From an uncultured Fibrobacterota bacterium (GTDB taxonomy: Bacteria; Fibrobacterota; Chitinivibrionia; Chitinivibrionales; FEN-1185), in assembly GCA_963753345.1 (NCBI GenBank), contig CAVWBU010000048.1, positions 1-64,000 of the forward strand: a stretch of DNA of 64,000 bases. The letters are read 5' to 3'. Below the pieces are notes generated by a model. That model had not been told where the DNA came from. It ran no database searches and worked only from the letters and a program-made list of their open reading frames with translations. A program made the position numbers and the translations under genes. Every line of letters starts with the position of its first letter. Position 1 is the first letter of the stretch. This document shows positions 41,570-52,058 of this stretch, in pieces.

Positions 41570-42928
41570 CTAGGCGCTTTTTAGGGGTTGTCCGGCCTTC
41601 TTTATCGCGGAAAGGAATTCTGCGTCCAGAATGCGCGTGATGAACCCGGTAAACATGAACAAAAACCACAGGCCCAGCCTCCTCATGCCTGCGGCGGCCC
41701 CATAGATCCGCATGATGGTGAATGACTTTCTAAATGAGTAAAAGCGACTGAGCGCGCTGTAGAATTCGTTCTGAAGCTCCATCGCGCTCATCTTTTTGGG
41801 AAGGAAGGTGACGTGCATGAGGTCGAAATACTGCCAATCCTTTATCACCATCCGCCCCTCCTCTTCATACTGTTTGAAAATCGGCGTGCCGGGAAAAGGT
41901 GTGAGCACCGCGGGCTGAAGCGTGAACGCGTTGATGTCCTGGCAGAACCGTATCGCCTTGCGAATGTCTTCTTTTCCGTCGGTGTCAAGACCGAGGACAA
42001 TGCTGGCCAGAAGCTTTATCTTGTATTTGCCGAGGTTGGAAACGCTGCCCAGAATAGGCTCGAGCTTGATTTTTTTGCCGATGTATTCCAGCGACGCGGG
42101 ATTGAGGCTTTCAAAACCGATCAGCACGCTCCGCAGATGGGCCCGGGAAAGAAGCGACAACAGCTCCTCGTCGAGCACCATGTCGGCGCGGCCGAAAAAG
42201 AAGACGTCCTTGAAAATAAGGTTTTTCTCGATCATTTTCGCCAGGAGCGCCTTGGCCCGCTGCCTGTTTCCTGTGAAATTGTCGTCCTGGAAGTTGACAT
42301 AGTGGAATCCCTGTTTTTTGTAGTGGTCCAGCTCGGCGATGACATTGTCCACGCTCCGCTCCCGGTACGGGGAGAACATGCGCGAGGTGCTGCAGTAGCT
42401 GCATGAGTAATGGCACCCGCGCGTAGTCATGATGTTGGCTTCCTTGCAGGAGGTCTTGAGCAGGGAATAGTTGGGAAAGTCGGTGGTGTCGAGGTTCTCC
42501 GGATGGCCTGCCTCCACCACGCGGCCGCTGAGCCGGCCTTCCATAACATCGATGATAACGCTTTCGGCCTCGCCCGTCACCACCGTGTCGCAATGCGCAA
42601 GCGTCTCCTTCGGCGCCACGGTGGCATGCATGCCGCCGATCACCACGCGCTTCCCCTTGCTCCTGAAGAAATCCGCGATTTCAAAGGCACGCGGAGCCGT
42701 GGAAGTCATGGTGGATACGCCGATGACGTCCGCATCGAGGAATTTTTCTAATGCCACGTTCGCGTAGAGCTCCTCATAGACCGCGACGCTGTGGCCGCGG
42801 TTGCGCAGCATGGTCGCCAAAATCAGGGGACCCGAGATGCTGTTCGGCCTCGTATAGATGCCGTAACCGAGCCGGAATGGGAGTGTTTTCCGGCTGCTGG
42901 CGGCCGGCGTGATAAAGACGATGTTCAT
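41570..42928 (-). CDS. B12-binding domain radical SAM protein
   Basis: Starts MNIVFITP; GGMHAT, VTGEAE, RGCHYSCSYC, DDNF, GFES and TPFPGT. The ORF-track extension to 43618 is out of frame with the upstream gene. Confidence 0.9.
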   Translation of the reverse strand: MNIVFITPAASSRKTLPFRLGYGIYTRPNSISGPLILATMLRNRGHSVAVYEELYANVALEKFLDADVIGVSTMTSTAPRAFEIADFFRSKGKRVVIGGMHATVAPKETLAHCDTVVTGEAESVIIDVMEGRLSGRVVEAGHPENLDTTDFPNYSLLKTSCKEANIMTTRGCHYSCSYCSTSRMFSPYRERSVDNVIAELDHYKKQGFHYVNFQDDNFTGNRQRAKALLAKMIEKNLIFKDVFFFGRADMVLDEELLSLLSRAHLRSVLIGFESLNPASLEYIGKKIKLEPILGSVSNLGKYKIKLLASIVLGLDTDGKEDIRKAIRFCQDINAFTLQPAVLTPFPGTPIFKQYEEEGRMVIKDWQYFDLMHVTFLPKKMSAMELQNEFYSALSRFYSFRKSFTIMRIYGAAAGMRRLGLWFLFMFTGFITRILDAEFLSAIKKAGQPLKSA

Positions 42929-42945
42929 GGGGTGATTCTCCTGTC

Positions 42946-44220
42946 TCAGGTGTATTGCTTCGAGGCCATCACGAGCATCTGCAGGCGGTTTTCGAGGTTG
43001 GCCATGCTCACGTCGTAATCGTAGTCGAGGGCGAGTATGTTGATATGCGGGAACCGCTCCTTGAGCGGCTTCATGATGCCGCGGCCCGTGATCTGGTTCG
43101 GGAGACAGCCGAACGGCTGGATGATGACGAACGAGGTGACGCCCTTTTTCGCATAGTGCATGATTTCGGCAGGGATGAGCCAGCCCTCCCCGGCCACGAT
43201 TGCCGTGTCGATGAACCCGGCGACGCAGGCGGCGAGCTCCGCAACCGTGGGCCGCGGTTCGTAGAAACGGAACCGCCGGTACAACGATTCCACTCTGGCA
43301 ACCACATGCCGGTACACGGCGTCGAACGCCGCCGCCGCCACGCTTGTTGCCGCGGGCCGCCGCGCGAGGCCCCGCCGCGCCATGTCCCTGTCGACGATCA
43401 CCTGGCGCCAGAAAAACGAAACGATGTCGGGCAGCAGCACTTCCATGCCGTTCTTCTCGAGATATCTCACGATCTGGCGGTTGGCGGTCTCGTGGTAGTT
43501 CATCAGGATCTCGCCGATCACCAGCACGCGCGGCCGCTTGGGAGAGCGGTCGGCCGGCACGTCGTTGAATGCCTTGACGGTACGCGAAAACGCCGCGCAG
43601 GCCCTTCTCACGCCGCACTCCAGCGCTGTTGTTATTTTGTCAAGATGCTCCTCGTACAAACGGTCCACGCTGCCCGGAGAAACCTCGTAGGGCCGCACGG
43701 CGCGCACCATGGCGTCGAGCGCGTCGGTAAGGACGATGCCCCACAGCATTTTGATTTTAAACCGCAGGCCCGCGGTGAATCCCGGATGCACGCGCTTTGC
43801 GTCGGCGCCGGTGGTGAGCAGGGCGACGTCCGCATACCCCGCGTCGTCGAGCGCCTTGCGGGCGAGAGCGACATACTGTCCCGCGCGGCAGTCCTCGCAG
43901 TTTTTGGCGAGCACCAGCGCCACCTCGCCGGGCGCCGCCGCGCCCGCGGCAAGGTACCGCAGGCATTCACCCACGTTGATCTGCGCGGGAAAGCACGCGT
44001 CGTTGTGCACGAAACGCTTGCCCAGGTGCTGGGCCTCGTGGTCGGCGAGCGGGAGCGCCAAGGAACGGTAGCCCAGGCTCCTGAACACGGCGCTTGACAT
44101 TATGGAAAACGAGCGCGACATGTTGGGGACCATCACGACGCGGCGCCGCTTGTCGGCGCGGGAAAAAACGGGGGGATACGGCCAGGGCAGCGCGGCCGCG
44201 ACGCGCGCGGTCGACCTCAT
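42946..44220 (-). CDS. 2-hydroxyacyl-CoA dehydratase/reductase-like subunit (PlsR-like)
   Basis: HNDACFPA, CEDCRAGQY, GEILM, GEGWLIPAE, QPFGCLPN and NLENRL. Confidence 0.8.
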   Translation of the reverse strand: MRSTARVAAALPWPYPPVFSRADKRRRVVMVPNMSRSFSIMSSAVFRSLGYRSLALPLADHEAQHLGKRFVHNDACFPAQINVGECLRYLAAGAAAPGEVALVLAKNCEDCRAGQYVALARKALDDAGYADVALLTTGADAKRVHPGFTAGLRFKIKMLWGIVLTDALDAMVRAVRPYEVSPGSVDRLYEEHLDKITTALECGVRRACAAFSRTVKAFNDVPADRSPKRPRVLVIGEILMNYHETANRQIVRYLEKNGMEVLLPDIVSFFWRQVIVDRDMARRGLARRPAATSVAAAAFDAVYRHVVARVESLYRRFRFYEPRPTVAELAACVAGFIDTAIVAGEGWLIPAEIMHYAKKGVTSFVIIQPFGCLPNQITGRGIMKPLKERFPHINILALDYDYDVSMANLENRLQMLVMASKQYT

Positions 44221-47200
44221 GGGCGCCGCCCGCGAACGGTCTCGACGAACGAGCGGATGCGGATCCCCAGCGCCCCGAGCGCCTCTCCTTCGTCAATCTT
44301 AAGCACGAGCGGCTGCTTGCCCGACGTGGCGTTCATGATGCGCGCGAGTTCGTCGGCAATGATGGCGTCGTGGCCGCAGCCGAAGCTCACCAGCTGCACC
44401 ACCTCGAGGCGGGGGTGCGCCGCCGCATACAGGCCGGCGGCGTAAATCTCGGCGTGGAACGGGTTGTACAGTTCCGGCCTCACGTTGCGCAGGTCGAGCT
44501 CGGCCATGTCGGGAAGGGAATCCATGGTGAGGAGCGGAATGCCGAGCGAGGTGAATATCTCGGGAACTCCGTGGTTGATGTACGGATCGTAGTGATAGGG
44601 CCTGCCCGCCAGGATAACGCCCATGCCGTTGCCCGATTCAATCGACGCAAGCACGCGGCCGCCTTCGTCCCGCATGCTTTCCCTGAATGCCCTGAGGGCA
44701 CCTTCGGCCTGTACTATCGCTTTGTCAACTTCCCTGCGATCGAGACGGTATTCCTCGACGAAGAACCGCGCCACCTGGCGGTCCCGCATCCCTTCGTCGT
44801 GCCAGTTGAACACCGGACTATCCACCACGGTCGCGCCGCGGGCGTGCGGCTTGTTCATGGCCGACAGCACGATGGGATATCCCTGCACCACGGGGCACAT
44901 GTGCACCGCGCCGGGATCCGACAGCGTGGACGGCACGCTTATCATGATGGGCGCGAAGATGCGGTCCACCTTTTTCTCGACAAGATACTCGATGTGGCCG
45001 TGCGCGATCTTCGCCGGAAAGCAGATGTTGTCGGATGCGACATACCGCATGCCTTTTTCGTGCAGGCTGTGGTTGCTCCGGGGCGACAGCACCACGGTGT
45101 ACCCGAGCGACGAGAACAGCGTTTTCCAGAAAGGAAGGCTGTTGTAGAACTCCAGCACACGCGGAATGCCTATCGCCGTCTCGCGGCGGTCGGAAAGCGC
45201 CGGCGTCCCGCGGTCCTTGAGCATGGCGGTTTCGCGGTACCGCACCATCGACGCGGCCTGAGCAACGGCGGAAGGCGCGGAAGACTGCAATGCCGGGCGT
45301 GACTCGACGTTCCCCTTTTCGCAACGGTTGCCGGCGCAGTAGACCGCCCCGTTGTTGAACCGGACCACGGTCCGCTTGCAGTTGTTGGTGCAGCCTTCGC
45401 ATTTGTCGTGCGTGACGCCCGAACATCCGAACCCGCGCAGCGCCTCGAAGCCGATAAACGACGAAGTGCCGCCGCGCATCGCGTCCCTGGTGAGCAGCGC
45501 GATGCCGAGCGCGCCCATCTCGCCCGCGTGTCGCGGCCGCACCACGTCGGCGTTGGTGTGCTGTTCGAACGCGCGGAGCACCGCATCATTCTTGAACGTT
45601 CCTCCCTGCACCACGATCCTGTTGCCGAGGTACGAAACGTTGCGGTCGCGGATCACCTTCATGAACAGGTTGTCGATCACCGAGCGGCACAGCCCCGCAA
45701 TGATGTCTTCTATGGATTTCCCGTTCTTCTGCTCGGTGGTGATCGACGAATTCATGAACACCGTGCAGCGCGATCCGAGCTTTGAGGGGCTGCGGGCGGA
45801 GAACGCGAGCTCCGCCACTTTTTCTATGGGAATATTGAGCGATCCGGACAGCGTCTCGATAAACGACCCGCACCCGGCCGAACACGCCTCGTTGAGGTAC
45901 AAGTCGCAGATGACGCCGCTGTTGATCCGCATGGCCTTCATGTCCTGGCCGCCGAGATCGAGCACGAACGTCGCATCGGGCACCTCGTGCAGCGCGGCGT
46001 GCGCGTGCGCAATGGTTTCCACGGTGTGGAAATCGGCGCCGAACGCCTTTGCCACCAGCGCCTCGCCGTAGCCGGTCGCACCCATGCCCCTCACCCTGAG
46101 CCGGACGTTTCGGGCGCAATAGGAGTCGTGGATGTCAAGCAGCGCCTTCTTCACTACGCCGAGCGGGTCGCCGGAATTCGACGCGTAGAACTTGTTGATG
46201 ATGCCGCCATCCTCGTCGACGAGAACGAATTTGATGGTGGTCGAGCCGGCGTCGATGCCGATGTACACGTCTTGTTCGCTGCCCGGAGCCAGGGGCCTGG
46301 GGACAAACGCGGGAACGGCATGACGCGCGAGAAACGCCTGGCGCTCGCCGGGCGACTGGAAAAACGGCGCCGCCGGGGCCGCATCCGCGGCAACGATGCG
46401 GTTCGCGCCCCACAGCGACGGAAGCGATTTCCTGCCGAGGTAGCCGGCATGCGATTCGGCGGGCAAAACGCCGAGGGCGAGCGCCGCGCCGATGGCGACC
46501 GTCACCTGCGGAATGGGCGGGATGAGGATTTCCTCTTTGGCAAGGCCCAGGTGCTTGGCGAACACGGTCACGAGGCTGCGGTTGAACGTGAACGGCCCGC
46601 CCAGAAACACCACGGGCGCGGCAAGCTGCATGCCGTGTCCCAGCCCGGTGATGGTCTGCCGTGCGACCGCGTGAAACACCGAAAGAACGATGTCCTCCCT
46701 TCGCACGCCCATGTTGAGCAGCGGCTGCAGGTCGGTCTTGGCAAACACGCCGCAGCGGCCCGAAATATCGAAAACGTTCCCGCCGTTTTTTGCCGCTTCG
46801 TCAAACCGTTCTATGGGTAGATCGAGCAGGCCCGCAATCTGGTCTATGAAAGCGCCCGTGCCGCCCGCGCAGCATCCGTTCATGCGCATGTCGGAGAGCT
46901 TTGGCCTTCGCGTGGTTTCATCTTCGCGGAAGAACAGGATCTTGGCGTCCTGGCCGCCAAGCTCGATGCAGGTCTTTGCAAAGGGGAACAGTTCCGAAAC
47001 GACGATGCTGTTGGCGATCACCTCCTGCACGAAGCTGCCGCCGATGATTGCGGCCAGCGGCTCGGCCCCGCTGCCGCAGATGCACGGCTTGAACTGTGCC
47101 AGGGGAAATGCATCGTGGGCTTCGGCAAGGAGCGCCGCAACGGTCTCGGCCTGCCTGGAGAAATGCCGACGGTACTTCCAGAACAGAAGCTTCTTTTCGC

Positions 47201-47432
47201 GCGGCTCCAACACCGCGATCTTGGCCGTGGTAGACCCCACGTCGATGCCGACCCACAGCACAGCGGTTATTTCGCTTGAGGTCCGCGCGGTTGCCTGCAG
47301 CCCTTCCGTGAGAAGTGCATTTTCCTGCTCGTCGTAGAAAAGCGTCGAGGCGGAATACAGGCGTTGCGCGTTGGACGGCCGGACTTCGGCCGGCGTTCGC
47401 GCCTGGGATGCGGACGTCTTTTCTTCACTCAT
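44217..47432 (-). CDS. Double activase (BadF/BadG/BcrA/BcrD ASKHA ATPase) plus dehydratase/reductase domain protein (PlsA/Ger-like)
   Basis: Two activator domains (GIDVGSTT..MNGCCAGGTG..CGVFA; GIDAGSTT..NEACSAGCG..CTVFM), CEGCTNNC, ICFPAK, LAGRPYH and SFGCGHD. Confidence 0.85.
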   Translation of the reverse strand: MSEEKTSASQARTPAEVRPSNAQRLYSASTLFYDEQENALLTEGLQATARTSSEITAVLWVGIDVGSTTAKIAVLEPREKKLLFWKYRRHFSRQAETVAALLAEAHDAFPLAQFKPCICGSGAEPLAAIIGGSFVQEVIANSIVVSELFPFAKTCIELGGQDAKILFFREDETTRRPKLSDMRMNGCCAGGTGAFIDQIAGLLDLPIERFDEAAKNGGNVFDISGRCGVFAKTDLQPLLNMGVRREDIVLSVFHAVARQTITGLGHGMQLAAPVVFLGGPFTFNRSLVTVFAKHLGLAKEEILIPPIPQVTVAIGAALALGVLPAESHAGYLGRKSLPSLWGANRIVAADAAPAAPFFQSPGERQAFLARHAVPAFVPRPLAPGSEQDVYIGIDAGSTTIKFVLVDEDGGIINKFYASNSGDPLGVVKKALLDIHDSYCARNVRLRVRGMGATGYGEALVAKAFGADFHTVETIAHAHAALHEVPDATFVLDLGGQDMKAMRINSGVICDLYLNEACSAGCGSFIETLSGSLNIPIEKVAELAFSARSPSKLGSRCTVFMNSSITTEQKNGKSIEDIIAGLCRSVIDNLFMKVIRDRNVSYLGNRIVVQGGTFKNDAVLRAFEQHTNADVVRPRHAGEMGALGIALLTRDAMRGGTSSFIGFEALRGFGCSGVTHDKCEGCTNNCKRTVVRFNNGAVYCAGNRCEKGNVESRPALQSSAPSAVAQAASMVRYRETAMLKDRGTPALSDRRETAIGIPRVLEFYNSLPFWKTLFSSLGYTVVLSPRSNHSLHEKGMRYVASDNICFPAKIAHGHIEYLVEKKVDRIFAPIMISVPSTLSDPGAVHMCPVVQGYPIVLSAMNKPHARGATVVDSPVFNWHDEGMRDRQVARFFVEEYRLDRREVDKAIVQAEGALRAFRESMRDEGGRVLASIESGNGMGVILAGRPYHYDPYINHGVPEIFTSLGIPLLTMDSLPDMAELDLRNVRPELYNPFHAEIYAAGLYAAAHPRLEVVQLVSFGCGHDAIIADELARIMNATSGKQPLVLKIDEGEALGALGIRIRSFVETVRGRRP

Positions 47433-47539
47433 AGGAATAACTCTGGCTCTTTACTTCCGGGGCCATAGGGGTTTACCGGGGGTGAGGCGCCGGAAACCAA
47501 AAAATGCAAGGTGGAAGCATACAAAAGCAATTTTTTTGA

Positions 47540-48790
47540 CTACCCGGGCTCAAGAAGGACCATGACTTCGAGGTTGGGGGTTCCGGGAAACATGTCGAGC
47601 GGAACAACGTGGACCGTGCGAAAACCGGCGCGTTTCCACTGAAGAAGCCCTTCCGGAATAATGTCGACATTGCAGAAAATGTGAAGGACCCGCGCCGGTT
47701 CCCGGGCGGCAATCGCGCCGATGACGCCCGCTGCCGTTCCCCTGCGGGGAGGATCGAGCACAAACAGCTCGGTCCGGTCGCCAGCGGTCGGCAGGACTTC
47801 CTCGAGCGCCCGGTCCGTTATCTGGCCGGCCGCAAACCGAATCCTTGACGTCGCGGGAATATCGCCGCAATGCGCGACAGACTCCCTGGCGCGCCGGATG
47901 GAGGCCGCCTCGCAGTCCATGCCCCAGGATTCGGCGAAATGCCTCCCCAGATGCAGGGTGAACAGCCCGTAGCCGCAGTACAGATCGACAAGGCGCGCTC
48001 CGGCGCACGCGGGGTTCGCAGCGTCGAAGAGGACGGCCGCCTTCTTGAGCATGAGGGGCACCATGGACTGGTTGATCTGCGAGAACGACAGCGCGTCGTA
48101 CAGGTAGGTGCGGCCGGCGGCCTCGAACCGCAGCGTGTCGGGCCCGAACAGTTTCTTAACCGCAAACCGGTCCTCCGTCTCTCTCTTGTCAATGTAATAC
48201 CTTGAACGCGCCGGGTCGAGCACCACGAAGGACGAGATCACGTTCACCCCGACGGCCGTAAGCTGCTGCGCCAGCGCCCTGAGCCTGCGCACCGTAGGGC
48301 CGTCGAGCTTGTGCATGTTGAAGATGACGCAGAATTCCTTGTACGAGCCGCGGACGATCAGATAATTGCACCGCCGCGCCACGACGGAGAACAGAGGCTC
48401 GTTGAGTTTCCCAAGCAGAAACTCGTACAGCGCCGTGTGCTGCCGGGGTTCGAGCCGCGCCTCGTCGCGCGTCTCGCCGGGCCGGTCGCGCGATCCCTCC
48501 CCCAAGGCAAGCATGAATTTCCCGAATGCAAAAACCACCCTGCGCTTGGTGGTGGTTCTATACAGACGGGAAAACGGCGACGGGGTTAGCGGCTCCCAGT
48601 CGCCCTCCACCCGCGCCTTCCGGAAGAACTCGGTGATGGTTTTCTGCTTGAGCGCCATTTCGTCGCCGTAGGGCAGCGACACGAGCGGCGCCGCGCCGGC
48701 AATGGAAAGCGCCGTACCCGCAATTGACTGCATGGTCTGGACATAGGGTGAAAGCGGGGGTTGGCGAAAGTGGGGTTTGGAAAAGGGCAT
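47540..48790 (-). CDS. RlmD/TrmA-family m5U RNA methyltransferase
   Basis: SFSQIN, DLYCGYG, LDPPR, IFCN and DMFPGTPNLE; no TRAM domain evident; start uncertain. Confidence 0.85.
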   Translation of the reverse strand: MPFSKPHFRQPPLSPYVQTMQSIAGTALSIAGAAPLVSLPYGDEMALKQKTITEFFRKARVEGDWEPLTPSPFSRLYRTTTKRRVVFAFGKFMLALGEGSRDRPGETRDEARLEPRQHTALYEFLLGKLNEPLFSVVARRCNYLIVRGSYKEFCVIFNMHKLDGPTVRRLRALAQQLTAVGVNVISSFVVLDPARSRYYIDKRETEDRFAVKKLFGPDTLRFEAAGRTYLYDALSFSQINQSMVPLMLKKAAVLFDAANPACAGARLVDLYCGYGLFTLHLGRHFAESWGMDCEAASIRRARESVAHCGDIPATSRIRFAAGQITDRALEEVLPTAGDRTELFVLDPPRRGTAAGVIGAIAAREPARVLHIFCNVDIIPEGLLQWKRAGFRTVHVVPLDMFPGTPNLEVMVLLEPG

Positions 48791-49044
48791 CGGGTATCCT
48801 AGATGGTACGGATGATTTCTTTCTTGAATAAGGAAAGCGATTATTCGCGTTGCGTTCGACGCTCTCTGAACAAAATAGATTGTTGTGCGACGCTCGTTGC
48901 CTCTATTCCCTAACATCATTCTCTTAATTCCCCTTCCCAAAACTTGTTCAAGATAGTAGAATATCAAGGTCATACCACAGTCCCCCTCGATAACAATAAG
49001 CAGCGTTCCAGATGCAGACCGTAGGCATGCACGGTTATTGAACC

Positions 49045-51036
49045 ATGAATAAGGAAAAGACCTCCATACTCCGCGCCGAAGACACGAAGGCGCTGGAGCT
49101 TCCGGGTTCGGTGATGCTGCCCGACGGGCAGAAACCGGTAAAGCTCGGGTCCGGCGTCATTTCGTCGCTCATCAGCGCCGGCGGCGCGGCGATCGTCTAC
49201 GAGGTCTGGAACGCGGAGCTCGAGGTGAAGCGTGCGGTGAAGCTCCTCAAGCCCGACCATTCGCTCGAAACCGAGGAACGCTTCCGCACCGAGATGAAAA
49301 TCACGGCAAAGCTGCACCATCCGAACATCGTCGAAATTTACACGGTGGGAACCTGGAACAACCTTCCCTATATCGAGATGGAGCTCATCGACGGCATCAC
49401 GCTCGAAAAGCTTATCGAGGAATCGGGCGGACTTCCGCCGGAGGTGTGCACCTCCATCGGCATCATGGTGGGCCGGGCGCTCAACTATGCTCACAGCCAG
49501 AGCTACGTTCTGTCCGGCAAGCGGTACGTGGGCGTCATCCACAGGGACCTCAAGCCAGGCAACATCATGGTGGCAAAGGACGGCATCGCCAAACTCATGG
49601 ACTTCGGCATTGCCAAGCCGCTCACCGCCACCAGCCGCACCTTGGAGGGCATGGTGATGGGCACCATGCAATACCTTGCGCCGGAGCAGCTTGACGGAAA
49701 AGAAATCGACGTGCGCTCGGACATTTACTCGCTGGGCACGGTGCTCTACGAGATGGTGACGGGGGTCCGCGCCTTTCCCGAGCAAAAGCTCGGCAAACTC
49801 GTGACCGACAAGCTGAGCAACAACTATGCGCCGCTTTCGGAATTCTCCTCTCCGGTGCCTGCATCTCTGGTCGGCCTCATTCACCACTGCATCAGAACCG
49901 AGAAGGAAAAGCGCATCCAGAATTCGCTGGAATTTTTGCGGGCCATCTGCAAGATCCATAAAACGCTCACCCTCAAGGCGCCCGAACAGGTGCTCGAACA
50001 GTTTCTGGCAAACAGAACCAGAGGGAAACGGGCGGTGAGCGTCAGAAAGAAGCGGGTGCCGACCCCCGTGCTCGTCTGTACCGCCGTGGTTCTCGCGTGT
50101 GCGGCGCTTGGAACGTTCGCGGTACTGTACTTGGGCAACGCGGCTTCGCAAAGCAAGGAAGGTGCGGGCCGGCTTCTTGCGAAACTCCACCCGGACGAAG
50201 GAATCGAGGCCGCGCTCGGCCCGGGCGAAATGGCCCGCATCGATTCGATCCTTGCGCTGCAGCGGTCGATGCAACACGACGCGTCCGGCGCGCAGCAGCG
50301 ACTGCTCGACAGTCTGGCCGAAGACAGCCTTTTCGACATTCACGACAGGGCTGCCACGGTGACGGCGGAGGTTCCGCTCCGCAAAGCGCGACGCGTGGAG
50401 ACGCGGATGCCGCCTGCCGGCGCCCAGAAACCGGCCGCCCGCGTTCCGGTTCCGGCCCCGGAGACGGCACAGGCCGTTTCCCCGCAGGAGCTCGTGGAAC
50501 GGCTGAAACAGCAGCTGCACACGTCGGACCTGATGGCCATTTTCTCCTCGGAGATCGAGGCCGGCAATTTTGTGAACGGTCTCATGCTGTACGGCATGCT
50601 TGCGCCCGCGCAGGCCCATTCGAAAAAAGCACTTTTGTACCGGCTTCGCGCACTGCGCGCCACGGGAGACAGGGACGGCGCCAAATCACTCCTGTTCGGC
50701 AACGACATCAAAGACGGCGAATTCTACCTCGAAAAAGCACGCTTTTACTATATTGCAAAGGATTACCGCTCTGCATCGCAGTTTGTCCAGCATGCCGCGG
50801 TATCTCCGGCGCAGTTCATGGATTCGCGGACGTTCCGTGAAACGCTCCTGTATTCCAAGGCTTTGTGCGCAAGCGCGTTCTATGACGCAGCGCAGACTCC
50901 CGCCACCAGGAAAGAAGCCTTGGAGGCGTGGTACGACGTTAAATCCCTTTTTAAAATGTCTCCCGAACACAAGTATTTTGTAAAGGCCGATGCGGAACTG
51001 CGGAGGATCAGTTCGGGATTGCTTACCAAGAAATAG
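49045..51036 (+). CDS. Membrane-anchored Ser/Thr protein kinase with helical C-terminal domain
   Basis: AVK, HPNIV, HRDLKPGN, DFG and YLAPEQ; transmembrane segment around VLVCTAVVLACAALGTFAVLYL. Confidence 0.92.
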   Translation: MNKEKTSILRAEDTKALELPGSVMLPDGQKPVKLGSGVISSLISAGGAAIVYEVWNAELEVKRAVKLLKPDHSLETEERFRTEMKITAKLHHPNIVEIYTVGTWNNLPYIEMELIDGITLEKLIEESGGLPPEVCTSIGIMVGRALNYAHSQSYVLSGKRYVGVIHRDLKPGNIMVAKDGIAKLMDFGIAKPLTATSRTLEGMVMGTMQYLAPEQLDGKEIDVRSDIYSLGTVLYEMVTGVRAFPEQKLGKLVTDKLSNNYAPLSEFSSPVPASLVGLIHHCIRTEKEKRIQNSLEFLRAICKIHKTLTLKAPEQVLEQFLANRTRGKRAVSVRKKRVPTPVLVCTAVVLACAALGTFAVLYLGNAASQSKEGAGRLLAKLHPDEGIEAALGPGEMARIDSILALQRSMQHDASGAQQRLLDSLAEDSLFDIHDRAATVTAEVPLRKARRVETRMPPAGAQKPAARVPVPAPETAQAVSPQELVERLKQQLHTSDLMAIFSSEIEAGNFVNGLMLYGMLAPAQAHSKKALLYRLRALRATGDRDGAKSLLFGNDIKDGEFYLEKARFYYIAKDYRSASQFVQHAAVSPAQFMDSRTFRETLLYSKALCASAFYDAAQTPATRKEALEAWYDVKSLFKMSPEHKYFVKADAELRRISSGLLTKK

Positions 51037-51073
51037 GGGCTGTTTTGGCGCGGGCTTTTCGCGCATTACCATT

Positions 51074-51958
51074 ATGAAACACGCCGTACTCACCATCATT
51101 CTCGCCGCGGCCTGCGCCTGCTTTTCCCAGACCGCGCAGCCCGCGCCGCAGGCCGCCACGCACGACTCGGCCGCGTTCGACACCATTGCAGGAGATCTTC
51201 CCCTTGTTCTCACGCCGAAGAAACATCCCTATTTCGTGGCGGGCGATATTTATGTTCCCCAGGGGAAAACCGTGGTGATTGCCGCGGGCACGGTGCTGTG
51301 CTTCAAGAACTTCACCGGCCTGCATATCCAGGGCACGCTCATCGCAAAGGGCATCAAGAACAGCCCGGTCGTATTCACGTCGGAGCACGACAAGGACTAC
51401 AACAAGCACAGCACGGTCGACGCCGCGCCCTACGACTGGAACGGCATTTACATTCACGAAGACGCAATCGGCACCCAGCTCTCCTATTGCGCGGTGCTCT
51501 ATTCGGTGGACGGCATCAATTCCCTCACCAGGTTCTTCAAGCTTGCTCCGTGCGTGTTCCTCCACAACGGCAGGGCAAGCCTTACGATCCAGGGTGCGCA
51601 ATACCAGGTGACCGAAGAACCGTACGAATACTCGCTGACGCAGAAAGAAGCGGCGGCGCCGGTCGTCAACCAGCTCAAGGACCCGCTCGCGCCCACGCGC
51701 AATACCCTGCGCTACAGCGGAGCGGGGTTCGCCGCAATCGGGTTTTTCGCCGCGGTGGTCACGGCCACGCAGCTTGTTTCGTCGCAGAGGGACTTTTCCG
51801 CCATTTCCAGCACGAGCAAGGACAATCTTGCGCAGGGCACCGGCGCGCAGTGGGAGGCAGCGAGAAACAAGCGCAACCACGACGAGGCCAATCTGGTCAC
51901 GAGCTGCGCGGTGACCGTCATCGGTGCGGTGGGGATCTTCTGGTCGCTGAGGTTCTGA
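51074..51958 (+). CDS. Exported beta-helix-like protein with C-terminal hydrophobic segments
   Basis: Signal peptide; PYFVAGDIYV, GTLIAKG..PVVFTS, WNGIY. Confidence 0.65.
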   Translation: MKHAVLTIILAAACACFSQTAQPAPQAATHDSAAFDTIAGDLPLVLTPKKHPYFVAGDIYVPQGKTVVIAAGTVLCFKNFTGLHIQGTLIAKGIKNSPVVFTSEHDKDYNKHSTVDAAPYDWNGIYIHEDAIGTQLSYCAVLYSVDGINSLTRFFKLAPCVFLHNGRASLTIQGAQYQVTEEPYEYSLTQKEAAAPVVNQLKDPLAPTRNTLRYSGAGFAAIGFFAAVVTATQLVSSQRDFSAISSTSKDNLAQGTGAQWEAARNKRNHDEANLVTSCAVTVIGAVGIFWSLRF

Positions 51959-52058
51959 GAAGGTATCATTCGCTGAAGTTGACTTTTGGAAAGGAATGTT
52001 TTTACGGATGCAGGAATCGAAACATGGCGAATAAGAAAACGGAAGCATGCGGTCAGCC

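Noticed and set aside
48970-50619. Long antisense ORFs (for example 48970-50619, 54940-56679, 21407-22696, 9666-10988)
   Set aside because: Shadows of well-supported genes on the opposite strand in GC-biased DNA.
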